Assembly: GCF_003918875.1 (NCBI RefSeq) | Contig: NW_025764970.1 | Coordinates: forward strand, 62,001-126,000 | DNA from: Haliotis rubra | Lineage: Eukaryota | DNA length: 64,000 nucleotides | Reading direction: 5' to 3' | In this document: positions 62,347-64,000 of the stretch, one piece after another | Layout: each line of letters starts with the position of its first letter | How positions within the stretch are numbered: position 1 is the first letter of the stretch | Translations under genes and position numbers: made by a program | The notes under the pieces: generated by a model | The model's database searches: none | Told to the model about the DNA's origin: nothing | Seen by the model: only the letters and a program-made list of their open reading frames with translations

Positions 62347-62608
62347 CTGAGTGGGTGAGTGAGTTTAATTTTACGCCGCACTCAGCAATATTCCAGCTTT
62401 ATGGCGGCGGTCTGCAAATAATCGAGTCTGGACCAGACAATCCAGTGATCAACAGCATGAGTATCGATCTGCGCAATTGGGAACCGATGACATGTGTCAA
62501 CCAAATCAGCGAGCCTGACCACCCGATCCCGTTAGTCGCCTCTTACGACAAGCATAGTCGCCTTTGTGGCAAGCATGGGTTGCTATTCTACCCCGGATCT
62601 TCACGGGT
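62347..62608 (-). mobile_element. SINE-like family B, subfamily with a duplicated head hairpin
   Basis: atgcttgccacaaaggcgact-atgcttgtcgtaagaggcgact on the minus strand; TSD cggtagatgaa. Confidence 0.9.
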
Positions 62609-62794
62609 CCGGTAGATGAAGTTGCAGTACAAAGTGTGATTGTTTACACAAAAACAATTAGATCACTGCATATATATCACACCGTGAACTGAGTCAGGTT
62701 AGAGTTTAAAATCTATTAGTACGGTGACATCAAGTTCAGGCTATCTGTTAATCAAACCCACTGTAAGAATACAAGATAACCGCTACACTGCAAA

Positions 62795-63471
62795 CACAAT
62801 CATACGTGCCAATACCACCCGACTGATACATACATATACCGAACGAGATGACAAACAGAATCATAAGTGCCAATACCACCCGACTGATACATGCATATAC
62901 CGAACGAGATGACAAACACAATCATACGTGCCAATACCACCCGACTGATACATACATATACCGAACGAGATGACAAACAGAATCATAAGTGCCAATACCA
63001 CCCGACTGATACATGCATATACCGAACGAGATGACGAACAGAATCATAAGTGCCAATACCACCCGACTGATACATGCATATACCGAACGAGATGACAAAC
63101 AGAATCATGAGTGCCAATACCCGACTGATACATGCATATACCGAACGAGATGACAAACAGAATCATAAGTGCCAATATACATGCATATACCGACTGACAG
63201 AATACATGCATATACCGAACGAGATGACAAACAGAATCATAAGTGCCAATACTACCCGACTGATACATGCATATACCGAACGAGATGACAAACAGAATCA
63301 TAAGTGCCAATACTACCCGACTGATACATGCATATACCGAACGAGATGACAAACAGAATCATAAGTGCCAATACTACCCGACTGATACATGCATATACCG
63401 AACGAGATGATAAACAGAATCATAAGTGCCAATACTACCCGACTGATACATGCATATACCGAACGAGATGA
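62795..63471. repeat. Minisatellite, 61-bp unit, about 11 copies
   Basis: catacgtgcc/cataagtgcc at 62801 and 62862. Confidence 0.96.
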
Positions 63472-64000
63472 CTTAGTGCATATCACCTCATGCAATCTTG
63501 CAACTTAAGCAGTTCCCAATATTAAGTTGTACCTATCTTCTGGAAGTTCGGCCACAGGAGTCATGGCGAGTTCACCTTTTCGCAAACACCTTGTTGTATC
63601 AATGTCAGATAGGGATTCGTCGAGGTATGCTTATAGTGTTGTTGGAATCGAACACTGAACTCATTTGGGCACAGATCTCTAATGATCAAAAACATGGGGC
63701 AGTCGCTTTTAACTTACTTTAGTTACACAATAAACCATCAGTGGTAGGGAAACAACATTCCAGTTACACAATAAACCATCTGTGGTAGGGAAACAACATT
63801 CCAGTTGATGGAAGACATTATACCAATGGACGTTTAATTATATTGAAAATTCAAAAGATTTTCTGTCAACGTATTAAAAGACGATTACATTTTATAGTAC
63901 AAGCGGTCTGATGTCTCAATTTATCCCACGTTTCTGGAGGCGAATGGACAATAACGACTGGCCAGGACATAATGAGTCTCTCACCTACTTCCAACCCATG

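Overview
Eukaryotic, repeat-rich invertebrate genomic DNA. The SINE and Penelope content suggests a mollusc, probably a gastropod such as abalone (inference). The only host gene I can support is a multi-exon, minus-strand RAF/KSR-family pseudokinase (KSR3-like). I reconstructed it by hand: 9 firmly phased exons from 44621 down to the stop at 23449, plus ambiguous 5' exons out to 56.7-61.7 kb, giving about 617 aa in the preferred model. It has lost the catalytic Lys and Asp and two P-loop glycines. It keeps the RAF dimer Arg, an acidic NtA motif, a phosphomimetic activation-loop Glu and a C-terminal 14-3-3 motif. The rest is mobile DNA: about 35 SINE copies in three families (strongly biased to the minus strand), two Penelope-like fragments, two short Penelope-end hairpin insertions with hammerhead-like motifs, an L2/CR1-group LINE 3' end, Tc1/mariner relics, MITEs and ten minisatellite arrays. 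Leads most worth testing: a 61-bp tandem array whose unit carries a hammerhead-ribozyme-like core, U3:A8 variant hammerhead motifs with covarying stem II, and a SINE family whose head is a pseudoknot-like fold rather than a tRNA. No CRISPR array, rRNA or genuine tRNA gene was seen.
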